Made by a program: the position numbers and the translations under genes. A stretch of 64,000 nucleotides of DNA, from positions 4,160,001-4,224,000 of the forward strand of contig OZ251518.1 in NCBI GenBank assembly GCA_965242965.1, written 5' to 3'. Below, one piece after another: positions 9,484-19,817 of the stretch (position 1 is its first letter; every line of letters starts with the position of its first letter). The DNA comes from Candidatus Poribacteria bacterium (lineage in GTDB: Bacteria; Poribacteria; WGA-4E; WGA-3G). The notes beneath the pieces are model-generated. The model ran no database searches. It was not told the origin of the DNA and saw nothing but the letters and a program-made list of their open reading frames with translations.

Positions 9484-10089
9484 TTACAGACTCCCTTTCG
9501 TCGATAGCACCCCCGTGATGCGTTCGTCAAGGCGCGTCGCAATGTCCAACGCCTTCGCAACCGCCTTAAAAATCGCCTCGATGATGTGGTGCCGATTCGT
9601 GCCGTAGGGGACGTTGATATGCAACGTTGTCCCGCTATGGTTGACAAATCCGTGAAAAAATTCCTCAGCGAGTTCAATGTCGAAATTGCCGACTTTGCCG
9701 TATTTGAGCGGCGTATCGTAGTGCAGATGGGGGCGGCCGCATACGTCCAAATCCACCTGAGCGAGGGCTTCATACATCGGCACGGTGAAACTGCCGAACC
9801 GCTGCATCCCGGTTTTATCCCCCACCGCTTCGTGAAGTGCCATGCCCAAGCAGATGCCGACATCTTCGGTGGTGTGGTGTGCATCGACGTGTAAATCCCC
9901 GGTAGCTTCAACCTCAAGGTGAAAAAACCCGTGTTTTGCGAAGAGTTCCAACACGTGGTCCAAAAATCCTACGCCGGTGTTGATGTTAGCTGTGCCTGTT
10001 CCGTCAAGCGTGAGGCGGAGTCGGATTTGGGTTTCTGCCGTTTTCCGCGTAATTTCTGCTTGTCGGAGGTGTTTCGTTGTTTGAGCCAT
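9484..10089 (-). CDS. hisB: Imidazoleglycerol-phosphate dehydratase
   Basis: RKTAETQI, TGVGFLDH, DAHHTTED, NRHHIIEAIFKA, STKG. Real start is ATG 10089; the upstream ORF extension is REP-derived. Confidence 0.95.
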   Translation of the reverse strand: MAQTTKHLRQAEITRKTAETQIRLRLTLDGTGTANINTGVGFLDHVLELFAKHGFFHLEVEATGDLHVDAHHTTEDVGICLGMALHEAVGDKTGMQRFGSFTVPMYEALAQVDLDVCGRPHLHYDTPLKYGKVGNFDIELAEEFFHGFVNHSGTTLHINVPYGTNRHHIIEAIFKAVAKALDIATRLDERITGVLSTKGSL

Positions 10090-10143
10090 ATTATACCTTG
10101 AAAACGTTGTTTTGTGCAATAATCTTTCGCGTTCTGTTGCTCC

Positions 10144-10386
10144 CGCGGCATGGCGGGGGACAGGCCCCCGCCCTACGTTATAATACGGGTTTCCGCGTCC
10201 GTAGCGCGAGGGCCTGTCCCTCGCGAGCGTTGTAAAGAACGGTTGCCTTGGGTCCCGGCATGGCGGGGGACAGGCCCCCGCCCTACAGGCCAATAGAGGT
10301 TTCCGCGTCCGTAGCGCGAGGGCCTGTCCCTCGCGAGCGTTCGGTTTATCCCGCGGCATGGCGGGGGACAGGCCCCCGCCCTACAG
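10144..10386. repeat. REP cluster
   Basis: Alternating GGCGGGGGACAGGCCCCCGCCCTAC and GTAGCGCGAGGGCCTGTCCCTCGCG units. Confidence 0.85.
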
Positions 10387-10402
10387 GCCAAGGAGTTATC
10401 CC

Positions 10403-13042
10403 CTATACCCACTTCACCAATCCCAATTCATACGGCGATTGCAAATCTTCATGATACGGTAGGACGCGCAGCGTCCAACCATGCAACCCCGTCTGTTGCA
10501 AGACGAGCGTTCCCTCAAAGAGATGGGCTCCACCGTCGAGTTCCCCGCGGGATTCCATTGCGACAACGTTGCCGTTGCGAATTTCGCCTGCCTCGTCTAA
10601 TACGCCGTGATAAATCTGAACCGCCAATTCGTGCGGCGATAACGCGCCGGTGTGAACAACCGCCTGCACAAGCACAGATTCGCCTACGCCGAATTCACCG
10701 TTTTGCCTGCCGAGTCCTGCCGATGTGGGTTCGGTTGTTCTCTCCTCAATGCGGAGTCCGTGCCAGTGGTTACGGATGTGCGATTTCCAATGCGCTAACG
10801 CAACGCTGCGTTGCGCGCTGTCCTGATTGAGATGCTGTGAGCGTCGGTGCGCTGGAAAATAGAGCTGCTCCGCATACTCCGAGACCATCCGTTTTGTATT
10901 GAAAACCGGTGCAAGGTTTTGCATCGCATCCTTCATCCGCGCCACCCAAGCATAAGGAACATCGTCAACCGGGTGCCGTTCATAAAAGAGCGGGACAATT
11001 TCCTTTTCAAGGAGTTCATAGATGGAGTTGGCGTGCGCCTTGTCAACGGAGCCCGGGTCTTCCGCGACCGGGCTGGCTTCAATTGTCCAGCCGCCGCACG
11101 TTTTTGTATTGCGCAAGGCGTTCGGTGTGCGGGATTGGTGTAAGCGTAACCTGTCCTCAATGTTGTCACTGGCTACGTCTTCTGCTTCTGCCCACCACCC
11201 ATCGGCGATGCTAAGGTTCAGCACACCGTTGGCGGCCGCTTTCATCCCACTCGTCCCACTCGCCTCATTTGGAGGTAAGGGGTTGTTGAGCCAGACATCT
11301 ACGCCTTCAACGAGGTAGCGGCCGACACAAATGTCGTAGTTCTCGATGAAAACGATTTTATGCTGGAACCGCGGTTCGGCGGCGATGCGGCAGATACGCT
11401 GGATGAGCAGTTTGCCTTCGTAGTCGTGCGGATGCGCCTTCCCGGCGAAGATGAGTTGCACGGGCCGTTCAGGATTGTTGAGGATTTTATCCAGTCTATC
11501 AACATCTTGGAACAGCAGCGTGGCGCGTTTGTAAGTCGCGAATCGGCGGGCAAACCCGATAGTCAACGCCGCTGAGTTGAGGATTTTCTCGGGGGCGGCG
11601 GTTCTAGCCTGCCGCTGCCGTGCGAAGGCGATGAGCCGTTCGCGGCGGCGTTCATGCGTCCGCCAGAGTTCCGTATCCGGAATCTGCGAGATCTGCGTCC
11701 AAACGGCTTGGTTCGTTAAATCGACAATCCATCGCGGGCCGAGGTATCTGTCAAACAGACTCTGCATATCGCCAGATACCCAAGAGCGGGTGTGGATGCC
11801 GTTTGTAATCGCGCCGATAGGCACTTCATGCACGGGGAGTCCGGGCCAGAGCCCTTTCCACATCTCGCGCGCCACACGGCCGTGTAATTGACTCACGCCG
11901 TTGCACATTGCGGAGAGCCGCAGCGCGAGCAGCGCGGGACTGAAATCGCTGTTGGCATCGGCGGGGTTTGCCCTGCCTAAGCCGAGGAACATCTCCTCTG
12001 AAACACCTAGCGCGCCGTAATACCCACCAAAATAGTAATTCACCAGATTCGGCGGAAACCAATCGATACCGGCAGCCACCGGCGTATGCGTCGTGAAGAT
12101 ATTCCCGGCCCGGGTCGCTTCGCACGCCGCGTGGAAATTGATGCCGGTTTCCCGCATCAACTGCAGAATGCGTTCAATCGCGAGAAACGCCGCGTGCCCC
12201 TCGTTCATGTGACAGACGGTGGGACGAATGCCGAGCGCGGTGAGGGCCCGATACCCACCGATGCCGAGCAGCATCTCCTGTTTGATGCGCATCCGTTCAT
12301 CGCCGCCGTAGAGATAATCGGTGATGTTCCGCAACTCATCGTTCTGGTTTTCGGCGATGTTGGTATCCAGCAGATATAACGGGACGCGCCCGACTTGCGC
12401 ACACCACACCTTCGCATACGCCTTTCCCTCCGGATAGTCAACTTCGACTAAGAGGGGATTGCCATCTTCGCCGCGGGCGGCTTGGACAGGCATGTTGTAG
12501 AAGTCGTTCAGCGGATAATCCGCCAATTGCCAGCCGTCTGTCGTGAGCCGCTGACGAAAATAGCCGTGCTGATAGAGCAACCCTACTGCAACGAAGGGCA
12601 ACCCTAAATAACTGGTGGATTTGAGATGGTCTCCTGCAAGAACCCCCAACCCGCCGGAATAGAGCCGCATGCACTCTGTCAACCCGTATTCCATTGAAAA
12701 ATAGGCGATTTTCAGGGCGGTGAGCGACGCATCGGCGGCGCATGTTGTCTCAAACCACGACGGCGCGGTCCGGTAGGTTTTGAATTTTTTGTGGACTACG
12801 TCAAGGCGTGCGAGGAACGCCTCGTTTTTGGCGGCAGCGTCTAACTGCGCTTGGGACATCTGTCCGAGCATCGCGACCGGGTTGTGGTAAGTTTTCTCCC
12901 ACAGCTCCGTATCAAGGTACCGGAAAAGCGTCAGTGCTTCCCTATCCCAGGTCCACCACAAGTTTTCGGCGAGTTCGCGTAGCGGTTCAAGTTTCTGCGG
13001 TAACGCCGGCACCACAGTGAGTTGGCGAAGTGGCTTCATCAA
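10403..13042 (-). CDS. glgP: Alpha-glucan (glycogen) phosphorylase
   Basis: AYFSMEYG, YSGGLGVLAGDHLK, HMNEGH, FARRFATYKR, EASGTSGMK (PLP lysine). Confidence 0.97.
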   Translation of the reverse strand: MMKPLRQLTVVPALPQKLEPLRELAENLWWTWDREALTLFRYLDTELWEKTYHNPVAMLGQMSQAQLDAAAKNEAFLARLDVVHKKFKTYRTAPSWFETTCAADASLTALKIAYFSMEYGLTECMRLYSGGLGVLAGDHLKSTSYLGLPFVAVGLLYQHGYFRQRLTTDGWQLADYPLNDFYNMPVQAARGEDGNPLLVEVDYPEGKAYAKVWCAQVGRVPLYLLDTNIAENQNDELRNITDYLYGGDERMRIKQEMLLGIGGYRALTALGIRPTVCHMNEGHAAFLAIERILQLMRETGINFHAACEATRAGNIFTTHTPVAAGIDWFPPNLVNYYFGGYYGALGVSEEMFLGLGRANPADANSDFSPALLALRLSAMCNGVSQLHGRVAREMWKGLWPGLPVHEVPIGAITNGIHTRSWVSGDMQSLFDRYLGPRWIVDLTNQAVWTQISQIPDTELWRTHERRRERLIAFARQRQARTAAPEKILNSAALTIGFARRFATYKRATLLFQDVDRLDKILNNPERPVQLIFAGKAHPHDYEGKLLIQRICRIAAEPRFQHKIVFIENYDICVGRYLVEGVDVWLNNPLPPNEASGTSGMKAAANGVLNLSIADGWWAEAEDVASDNIEDRLRLHQSRTPNALRNTKTCGGWTIEASPVAEDPGSVDKAHANSIYELLEKEIVPLFYERHPVDDVPYAWVARMKDAMQNLAPVFNTKRMVSEYAEQLYFPAHRRSQHLNQDSAQRSVALAHWKSHIRNHWHGLRIEERTTEPTSAGLGRQNGEFGVGESVLVQAVVHTGALSPHELAVQIYHGVLDEAGEIRNGNVVAMESRGELDGGAHLFEGTLVLQQTGLHGWTLRVLPYHEDLQSPYELGLVKWV

Positions 13043-13078
13043 ATACGTTTCTCCTCCCGACGCGCATTGAAAGCGCGC

Positions 13079-13303
13079 CTACTGGGAATTATCCGCGGTT
13101 CCCGTTTTGAGCGTCAGGTAGACACCGCGGTTCCGTTTTTCAAAGACTAGGTTTTCCTCACGTGCGAGCCAGCCGATGCCCATGAGCACCAGCCGTTCAC
13201 TTCCATCAATGTCCCGGATGAGTTTGCTCACCGTGGCTTCGCCGTGTTCCTCTAAATAGTGCCAGATTTCGCCAGCGACTTTTCCAATATCGTCTTGCAT
13301 CAT
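13079..13303 (-). CDS. Small winged helix-turn-helix protein (DUF2582-like)
   Basis: IGKVAGEIWHYL ... MGIGWLARE pattern. Confidence 0.85.
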   Translation of the reverse strand: MMQDDIGKVAGEIWHYLEEHGEATVSKLIRDIDGSERLVLMGIGWLAREENLVFEKRNRGVYLTLKTGTADNSQ

Positions 13304-13485
13304 TTTTCCTCCGTGCGGGTTATCGTTTCACAAAGATTTTGTGCACCAATCCATTATATATTATAGACTGATTTCGCGCCGATGTCAAGAGAAAATCAAT
13401 GTTTCTGCACCGTGCAAAAATTCGCTTGCTTTTTCATCGCAAATCTGCTAAAATCCACGTAAATCCAAAGGAGACAGGTGCAAAA

Positions 13486-14223
13486 ATGCGTATCAGAAAT
13501 TTCGTTATCTTCTTCACGGTGTTGGCGTTCGGCATGGCGGTTTCCATGAATGTGTCGGCGGAACTGCTGTTCCACGATGATTTTGAGAAAGATGAGCTTG
13601 GACAAGAGCCCGCGAAATGGGAGCTCGGGCACGATGGCAGCACGAAGGCAGAAGTCGTCGCAGACCCGAGGGATGCCAGCAATAAAGTGCTTTTAACAGC
13701 CGATAAAGGATCGAACGCCTCGCGGCATGATGTCGGCGGCTCCATCTATGTCGTCGGTGATGCCAACTGGGACGATTACGTCGCCGAATGGGACATGATG
13801 TTTCCCGATGACTTTTACATGGGGGTTGTCTTTCGCTTTCAGGATGGCGAGAAGTTCTATCTGAGCGACCGGCGGCAAGGCGGCAGAGACTATCATTTCT
13901 ACAAACGGCAAGGCGGCTGGGCGCAAGTCCAAGCCGGGATGGTGGAAAATGAACCGGAGGTATGGTATCGCGCGCAACTCACGCTAGCCGGCGATGAATT
14001 CACCTTCAAACTGAAAGAACGGAAGGACAAAACGTCGTTTGACAGGCTTGATGCAGCGACTGAAGGTTCGGATGCTACCTTCAAAACCGGCAAGTTCGGC
14101 AATTACGGCCTCGTCTATATTGATAACCTCTTCATTGGGGATTCCGTGGAAGATCTGGTTTTGCCGGTGGATGCACGGGATAAATTGAGCGTCACGTGGG
14201 GTGCTATGAAAGCGCGTTATTAG
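13486..14223 (+). CDS. Secreted concanavalin/DUF1080-like beta-sandwich protein
   Basis: Signal peptide from ATG 13486; LFHDDFE, GDANWDDY, GVVFRFQD; C-terminus VDARDKLSVTWGAMK. Confidence 0.8.
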   Translation: MRIRNFVIFFTVLAFGMAVSMNVSAELLFHDDFEKDELGQEPAKWELGHDGSTKAEVVADPRDASNKVLLTADKGSNASRHDVGGSIYVVGDANWDDYVAEWDMMFPDDFYMGVVFRFQDGEKFYLSDRRQGGRDYHFYKRQGGWAQVQAGMVENEPEVWYRAQLTLAGDEFTFKLKERKDKTSFDRLDAATEGSDATFKTGKFGNYGLVYIDNLFIGDSVEDLVLPVDARDKLSVTWGAMKARY

Positions 14224-14271
14224 AGTCTCTCTTGGCGCGTAAAGCGAGGAGATGTCTCTTGCATTCCTGAC

Positions 14272-14511
14272 ATGGCGGGGGACAGGCCCCCGCCCTACGT
14301 TTCACCGGAGTTCAAGTAGTGCGAGGGGCTGTCCCTCGCATTCCTGGCACGGCGGGGGACAGGCCCCCGCCCTACGGTGCACCGGGATTCAAGACTCTCT
14401 TTGCGCGTAGTGCGAGGGCCTGGCCCTCGCATTTTGACATGGCGGGGGACAGGCCCCCGCCCTACGTTTCAAGGACACGCAGATGGCGGGGGACAGGCCC
14501 CCGCCCTACGG
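14272..14511. repeat. REP cluster
   Basis: Four GGCGGGGGACAGGCCCCCGCCCTAC copies. Confidence 0.85.
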
Positions 14512-14537
14512 GACAATATATGAGGAAAATCAACATC

Positions 14538-15818
14538 ATGTCAACCTATATTGCATACGGCGGCAAAGACACCGTCATCACAACCGAAGAAAAACGGGAA
14601 TTGCTCCACGAGGCGTTGCAGAAGCGGGGAGGTATCCCGAAAAAGATTTTAGTCGTTCCGCCGGATATGACGCGCCTCCACTCCAACGCCGGTGAACTCA
14701 CCCGAATTCTCTATGAACTCTGGGATGCGGCAAACGGTGATGTCTTTGATATCCTCCCTGCTACAGGCACGCACGCACCGATGACTCCCACGCAACACAC
14801 CGAAATGTACGGAGAATTGCCGAAGGCAATGTATCACGTGCATAATTGGCGGAGCGGGCTCCACCACTTCGGCGAGGTGCCGTCCGAATTTGTGCGAGAG
14901 GTTTCAGGCGGGAAAGTCAACTATCCGATTCCGGTTTCTGTCAATCACCGGCTCGTGGAGGGATATTATGACATGATGCTCTCTGTCGGACAAGTAATTC
15001 CGCACGAGGTTGTCGGCATTGCGAACGGGTTTAAGAACATTCTCATCGGCACAGGCGGCGTGGAGACGATTAACAAATCGCATTTCTTGGGGGCAGTGGA
15101 CGGCATGGAGCGGCTGATGGGACGCACCGATACCTCCGTACGGAAGGTGCTGAACTACGCGCACGCGCACTATCTCAAGCAACTCGGCATTGTCTATGTC
15201 ATGAGTGTCATGGATGTCGATACCGATAGCAACCGCGTCATGCGTGGGCTTTACGTCGGCGACGATGCGGATACCTTTGCGCGCGCCGCCGAATTGAGCC
15301 GCGCTGTGAACCTCACATTTTTAGATGCGCCGTTAGAGAAGGCAGTTGTCTACTTGGATGCGAGGGAATTTAAAAGCACGTGGCTCGGCAACAAGGCGAT
15401 TTACCGCACCCGCATGGCGATGGCGGATAACGGCACCCTGGTCATTATCGCGCCCGGGGTTCGCGAATTCGGCGAAGATGCCGAGATCGACCGGCTCATC
15501 CGCAAATACGGCTACCGCGGCACGGAGACAACCCTCAACGCTGTCGCCGAAAACGCTGAGTTGCGGGAGAACCTCTCCGCCGCAGCGCATCTCATCCATG
15601 GCAGCACCGAGGGGCGTTTCAAGGTTATCTATGCCCCTGGGCATCTCACGCAGGCAGAAATCGAATCGGTGGGTTATGAATGGGCACCCCTAGACGAAAC
15701 CCTCGCGAAATATAACCCTGAAACGCTTGCCGATGGGTTTCACGATGATGGTTTTTTCTATATTAGTGAACCGGGGCAAGGGTTGTGGGCGTTGCGTTCG
15801 CGGTTTGATTCCAAATAA
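14538..15818 (+). CDS. LarA-family (DUF2088) racemase/epimerase
   Basis: PPDMTR, ATGTHAPM, PHEVVGIANGFKN motifs. Start ATG 14538; the upstream extension is REP-derived. Confidence 0.8.
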   Translation: MSTYIAYGGKDTVITTEEKRELLHEALQKRGGIPKKILVVPPDMTRLHSNAGELTRILYELWDAANGDVFDILPATGTHAPMTPTQHTEMYGELPKAMYHVHNWRSGLHHFGEVPSEFVREVSGGKVNYPIPVSVNHRLVEGYYDMMLSVGQVIPHEVVGIANGFKNILIGTGGVETINKSHFLGAVDGMERLMGRTDTSVRKVLNYAHAHYLKQLGIVYVMSVMDVDTDSNRVMRGLYVGDDADTFARAAELSRAVNLTFLDAPLEKAVVYLDAREFKSTWLGNKAIYRTRMAMADNGTLVIIAPGVREFGEDAEIDRLIRKYGYRGTETTLNAVAENAELRENLSAAAHLIHGSTEGRFKVIYAPGHLTQAEIESVGYEWAPLDETLAKYNPETLADGFHDDGFFYISEPGQGLWALRSRFDSK

Positions 15819-15839
15819 CCGTTTCCGCGCGATTTCCCC

Positions 15840-16571
15840 GTAGGAGAGACCTCCTGGTCTCGATTTCTTCCCATCGGCGCGCCGTCCCAGTCTTGATGCA
15901 ATAGGGTGGCGCGCCTACCGGGGCCGCGGCGGCAGAAGGTCCCCTTTCATCATAGGGCGAGGGCCTGTCCCTCGCCATCGCTCGCTCGCCAGGCCCTGTA
16001 AGTCAGGATCGCCTGATCCTGACCTGTTTGTGATCAGGCGATCACAAACTACAGATGGGGAAACACACATCGTGACGATGGACAACGCGGGGGACAGGCA
16101 ACCGCGATACGAAACAAAACGCCCTTTCACCGTAGGGCGAGGGCCTGTCCCTCGCCATCGTTCGCACTACGGAAAAAACGTCTCTTGTTCTCTTCAGGTC
16201 CGTAGGACCTTAATGTCTATAGCACGCGCGAACGCGAAGAACCCTAAGGTCCTTTAGGTCCTTAATAGCTTTTGACATGCCGCACGTTTTTTATTAAGGT
16301 CCTAACGGACCTTGAAAACGTAACGACACGTGCTGCTATAGACATGTAGGTCCTAACGGACCTAAAACGCCACCGCTTGACGCTGGCCAACGCGGGGGAC
16401 AGGCCCCCGCGCTACGGGAACATCAAGACCTGGAGGTCTCTCCTACGGGGAGGCATCGAGACCAGGAGGTCTCTCCTACGGGGAGGGCCTGCCCACCGGC
16501 AATTCCCCATTTTTTCACCGTAGCGCGGGGGCCTGTCCCCCGCGACGTTGAGCGAGTTATGAAACACCCTC
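15840..16571. repeat. Large REP mosaic ending in a MITE right TIR
   Basis: Several REP classes, the long palindrome ~16196-16365, and TTATGAAACACCCTC at ~16557-16571. Confidence 0.85.
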
Positions 16572-16573
16572 CT

Positions 16574-17668
16574 TTAATTTCTCCCCCACGCATTTGCCAC
16601 GATAACCAAATCCAACACATTCACCACGCCATCGCCGTTGGCATCGGCAGGATGCTTCCCAGTCTGTCCGAAATTTGAGGCAATCAACATCAAATCCAGA
16701 ATGTTCACGCTTCCATCGCCGTTCACATCGCCAGAGAGTGTCTCTTCCTGTGTATCCGTTGGCAGAGCAGCTGTCGTAAGCGCAAGATCAAACGTCAGTT
16801 CCTCAATCACCGGCACGTTCGTTGCGGCGAGCTCCTTCTCATAACTCCATATCTCATTCCCAAGCGGTGTGAGTCGAGCATAGATATCGGCACTGAGGAC
16901 AACGTCTAGGCCATAAAGGAGTTCAGCCTCGTAGACGCTTTGGATACGCGCAGCATCGCCACCGGGGATAGCGATGGGCTGCCCTTCACTCGTGATGGAT
17001 ACCCCGTTCACTACCAACGCTTTTCCGACTAAACTTCTGTGACTGGAGAGGTCTGCGTGAGCAACGATACCGGCATCCAAGGAGTTCTTGATAATCCTCT
17101 TTAGGAGCTCTTTAGCGATTGTCCCAAGCGGCGTAGTCGTGTCTAAAATGGCAGACCCGAGTTCAACAGCACCGAGCTCCACGCTCACAATATTGAGAAG
17201 GTCTGTTTCAAGTCGGACCGGGGTAGTGTCGTCGAGGAGAAATCCGTTGAATGTTTGTGATTCGTTCCATTCTTTCGCCGTGGTGAGACGGGATATCTCC
17301 ATGCTACGCCTGATGTCAATATCGCCATCTTCTTCCCAGAATGCAAGAGGGATAGCGAAGTCCAAATCGAGGGTGCCGCGGGTTGTGACGCTGCCGTTGG
17401 TGCTAAGCGATGCGCTGGTGCTACGCACGGTAATTGTCTCGGAATCCTGGGCGAAATTCATGTCGCCTGTGACAGATGCCGCGATGGTTTCAGTGCCGAA
17501 TTCCATGCTGAGCGCGAGGGCGATGGCACCGCCTATCGTGTAATCCCAAGTCAGGCTATCGCCAAAGGGCTTTAAGGTGGCATCGTAGGTGACAGATTCG
17601 GCGGCACCGAGGCGGACGGTGAAAAAGAAGCATGTGAACATTAAAACGAAAGCAGCGGTAGGTTTCAT
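16574..17668 (-). CDS. Secreted protein with C-terminal dockerin-type domain
   Basis: Signal peptide; GDVNGDGSVNILDL ... ADANGDGVVNVLDLV. Confidence 0.85.
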   Translation of the reverse strand: MKPTAAFVLMFTCFFFTVRLGAAESVTYDATLKPFGDSLTWDYTIGGAIALALSMEFGTETIAASVTGDMNFAQDSETITVRSTSASLSTNGSVTTRGTLDLDFAIPLAFWEEDGDIDIRRSMEISRLTTAKEWNESQTFNGFLLDDTTPVRLETDLLNIVSVELGAVELGSAILDTTTPLGTIAKELLKRIIKNSLDAGIVAHADLSSHRSLVGKALVVNGVSITSEGQPIAIPGGDAARIQSVYEAELLYGLDVVLSADIYARLTPLGNEIWSYEKELAATNVPVIEELTFDLALTTAALPTDTQEETLSGDVNGDGSVNILDLMLIASNFGQTGKHPADANGDGVVNVLDLVIVANAWGRN

Positions 17669-18342
17669 CGGTTTTTCCTCTCGAAAAGTTCGGGTGAGAC
17701 ACCGGTGTTGACTTCATAGTTGGCGATGCGATTAATCAGGACGCGGTTTGATACGGGAAAGAGACTTCGCGTTTCAACCGGCAAAAAGGAGCCACTGTTG
17801 CCGGGCGCATAGTGAAACTGCGTCCGGACAAATTCAGTGGCATCGAAAAAGTAGGTGAGTTGCACCACGTTCCAATTCTGCGGCGATATCCAGAGTCGCG
17901 CCTGCATTTCGGGCTTCTCGGCATCCGTGATTTCAAGAACGTAATATTCCTGTCCGCTGAGTAGTTCTCGTTTCGCTTGCAGCCGCAGCTCCAGTGTGTT
18001 GAAGCGTTTGAGGGAGCTAAGCAGTTCAACGCGGAAAATGCCGCGGGATGTCCCACCGATGTTCTGAACGGCGTGTTCCCCCGGCTTCCGATAAAAAAGG
18101 TTGAAAACAGCTTGCGGGGGCTGCCGCTCAAACAGACTGCCGGATACTTCAAGGGAATCGGTGGCATAGGTATGAACGACAGCGGCGTAGTCATCAATTT
18201 CTTCATAGACTTGCAATGCGTTGTCCATTACCTCCTGCGCGGTGGGGGCAGTTGTTGCTGTTGCCGGGCGCGCTAGCAGCACCGCACCGATGAGGAGCAG
18301 GCTAAGTATCACCAGCCTGTTTCTAGCATCATGGCTTATCAT
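17665..18342 (-). CDS. LolA/outer-membrane lipoprotein-sorting-like periplasmic protein
   Basis: Signal peptide; TAQEVMDNA...YEEIDDY, YYVLEI...ARLWI, EVNTGVSPELF. Start ATG 18342 after AAGGAGG. Confidence 0.65.
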   Translation of the reverse strand: MISHDARNRLVILSLLLIGAVLLARPATATTAPTAQEVMDNALQVYEEIDDYAAVVHTYATDSLEVSGSLFERQPPQAVFNLFYRKPGEHAVQNIGGTSRGIFRVELLSSLKRFNTLELRLQAKRELLSGQEYYVLEITDAEKPEMQARLWISPQNWNVVQLTYFFDATEFVRTQFHYAPGNSGSFLPVETRSLFPVSNRVLINRIANYEVNTGVSPELFERKNR

Positions 18343-18362
18343 GGTATCCTCCTTAATGAACT

Positions 18363-19028
18363 GAGGGTGTTTCATATCTCGATGGTTTCCCGGTAGGAGA
18401 GACCTCCTGGTCTCGATTTCTACCGCCCTGTCTCAATTTTTTCCTGTCGGCGCGCCATCCCGGCCTCGATGTTCCCGTAGCGCGGGGGCCCTCGGATGCC
18501 AGACGCGCATGCGAGCGGGTTTCCCCCGCGATCTCCATCGTCAAAAGGTGGCGTTTTAGGTCCTTTAGGACCTACATGTCTATAGAAAAACGTGCCGTTA
18601 CGTTGTCAAGGTCCTTTAGGTCCTTAATAAAAAACACACGGTAAGGCAAAATCTATTAAGGACCTAAAGAACCTTAGAGTCTTTTGCGTTTCGGCTGCTA
18701 TAGACATTCAGGTCCTACAGACCTGAAGAGAACAAGAGACGTTTTTCCGGCGCGCGAACGGTGGCGAGGGAAACCCGCTCGCATGCGCGTATGGCATCCG
18801 AGGGCCCACGCCCTACGATGAAGGGGCTTTCTGTCGTCGCGGCCCCAGTAGGCGCGCCGCCCTATTGCATCGAGACCGGGAGGTCTCTCCTACCGGAAGG
18901 CATTGAGACCAGGAGGTCTCTCCTACGGGGACATCGCCTGCATCGAGACCGGGAGGGCCCGCCGACGCAATGCGAACAGGAAACTTCCTAATCCTGCTAA
19001 TCCTATAATCTTGGAAATCCTGCTTCAG
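18363..19028. repeat. REP mosaic beginning with a MITE left TIR
   Basis: GAGGGTGTTTCATA at 18363, long palindrome ~18556-18725, and an AATCCTG module overlapping the HAD stop codon. Confidence 0.85.
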
Positions 19029-19747
19029 AACAGCAGCTCCTGCAATTCCGCTAACTCCTGAATCGTCTCGGGCCAAATGCCGGCCTGCACTCCGTCCCGG
19101 TCGATGAGAATTGCGCGAATGCCCACGCCTTGCGCGCCGATGATGTCCGCCGCGTAGGTATCGCCGACATGGACAACCTCTCCTGCCGAAACGCCCACCG
19201 CCTCCATCGCGTAACGGAAAATGCCCGGGTCTGGCTTCGCAGACTTGACGCGCGTGTCATGCGACGCGACTATCGCGTCAAAATAGTGCATGATGCCGAG
19301 GCGTTCGGTGAGGGGATGCAGCGGCGTATCCCAATTAGAGACGATGGCGAGTTTCAACCCGTTCGCCTTGAGTTGCTGCAGCGTTGGAATGACATCGTCG
19401 TAAAGCGTCGCATCACTCGCAGCAAAGAGCGAGTGTTCATATTGCAACAGTTCCCATGCCATCTGTTCCCGCAGTGCTTGTTGCGAGCGGGAGGGCTCTC
19501 CTACCGGCAGGAGTTGCTCGACAAATTCGCAATAACTGTCCACGATTTCTCGCATTGTCTCCAGAAGGTTGTGCGTGCCCGGGTCTGAGGCGGATGCTTC
19601 GGCGTAGAGATTCGCGCGTGCCGCTGCGTAGTTGTCCCAATTAAGTTGGACCTGATACCGGTCGGCAACTTTTTGGAGTTTCGTTTTGAGCGGTTGCGCC
19701 CAGTAGCATAAGGTCCAGTAGAAATCAAAGAAGACTGCTTTTATCAT
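19025..19747 (-). CDS. HAD-superfamily IA hydrolase
   Basis: MIKAVFFDF..TL, IVSNWD, KPDPGIF, HVGD..ADI.GA. Confidence 0.9.
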   Translation of the reverse strand: MIKAVFFDFYWTLCYWAQPLKTKLQKVADRYQVQLNWDNYAAARANLYAEASASDPGTHNLLETMREIVDSYCEFVEQLLPVGEPSRSQQALREQMAWELLQYEHSLFAASDATLYDDVIPTLQQLKANGLKLAIVSNWDTPLHPLTERLGIMHYFDAIVASHDTRVKSAKPDPGIFRYAMEAVGVSAGEVVHVGDTYAADIIGAQGVGIRAILIDRDGVQAGIWPETIQELAELQELLF

Positions 19748-19817
19748 GATTGTATGCCAAATTAACCTCTGCCCTGAAGACCAAACGGTCAAGAGCATCG
19801 AGACCGGGAGGTCTCTC

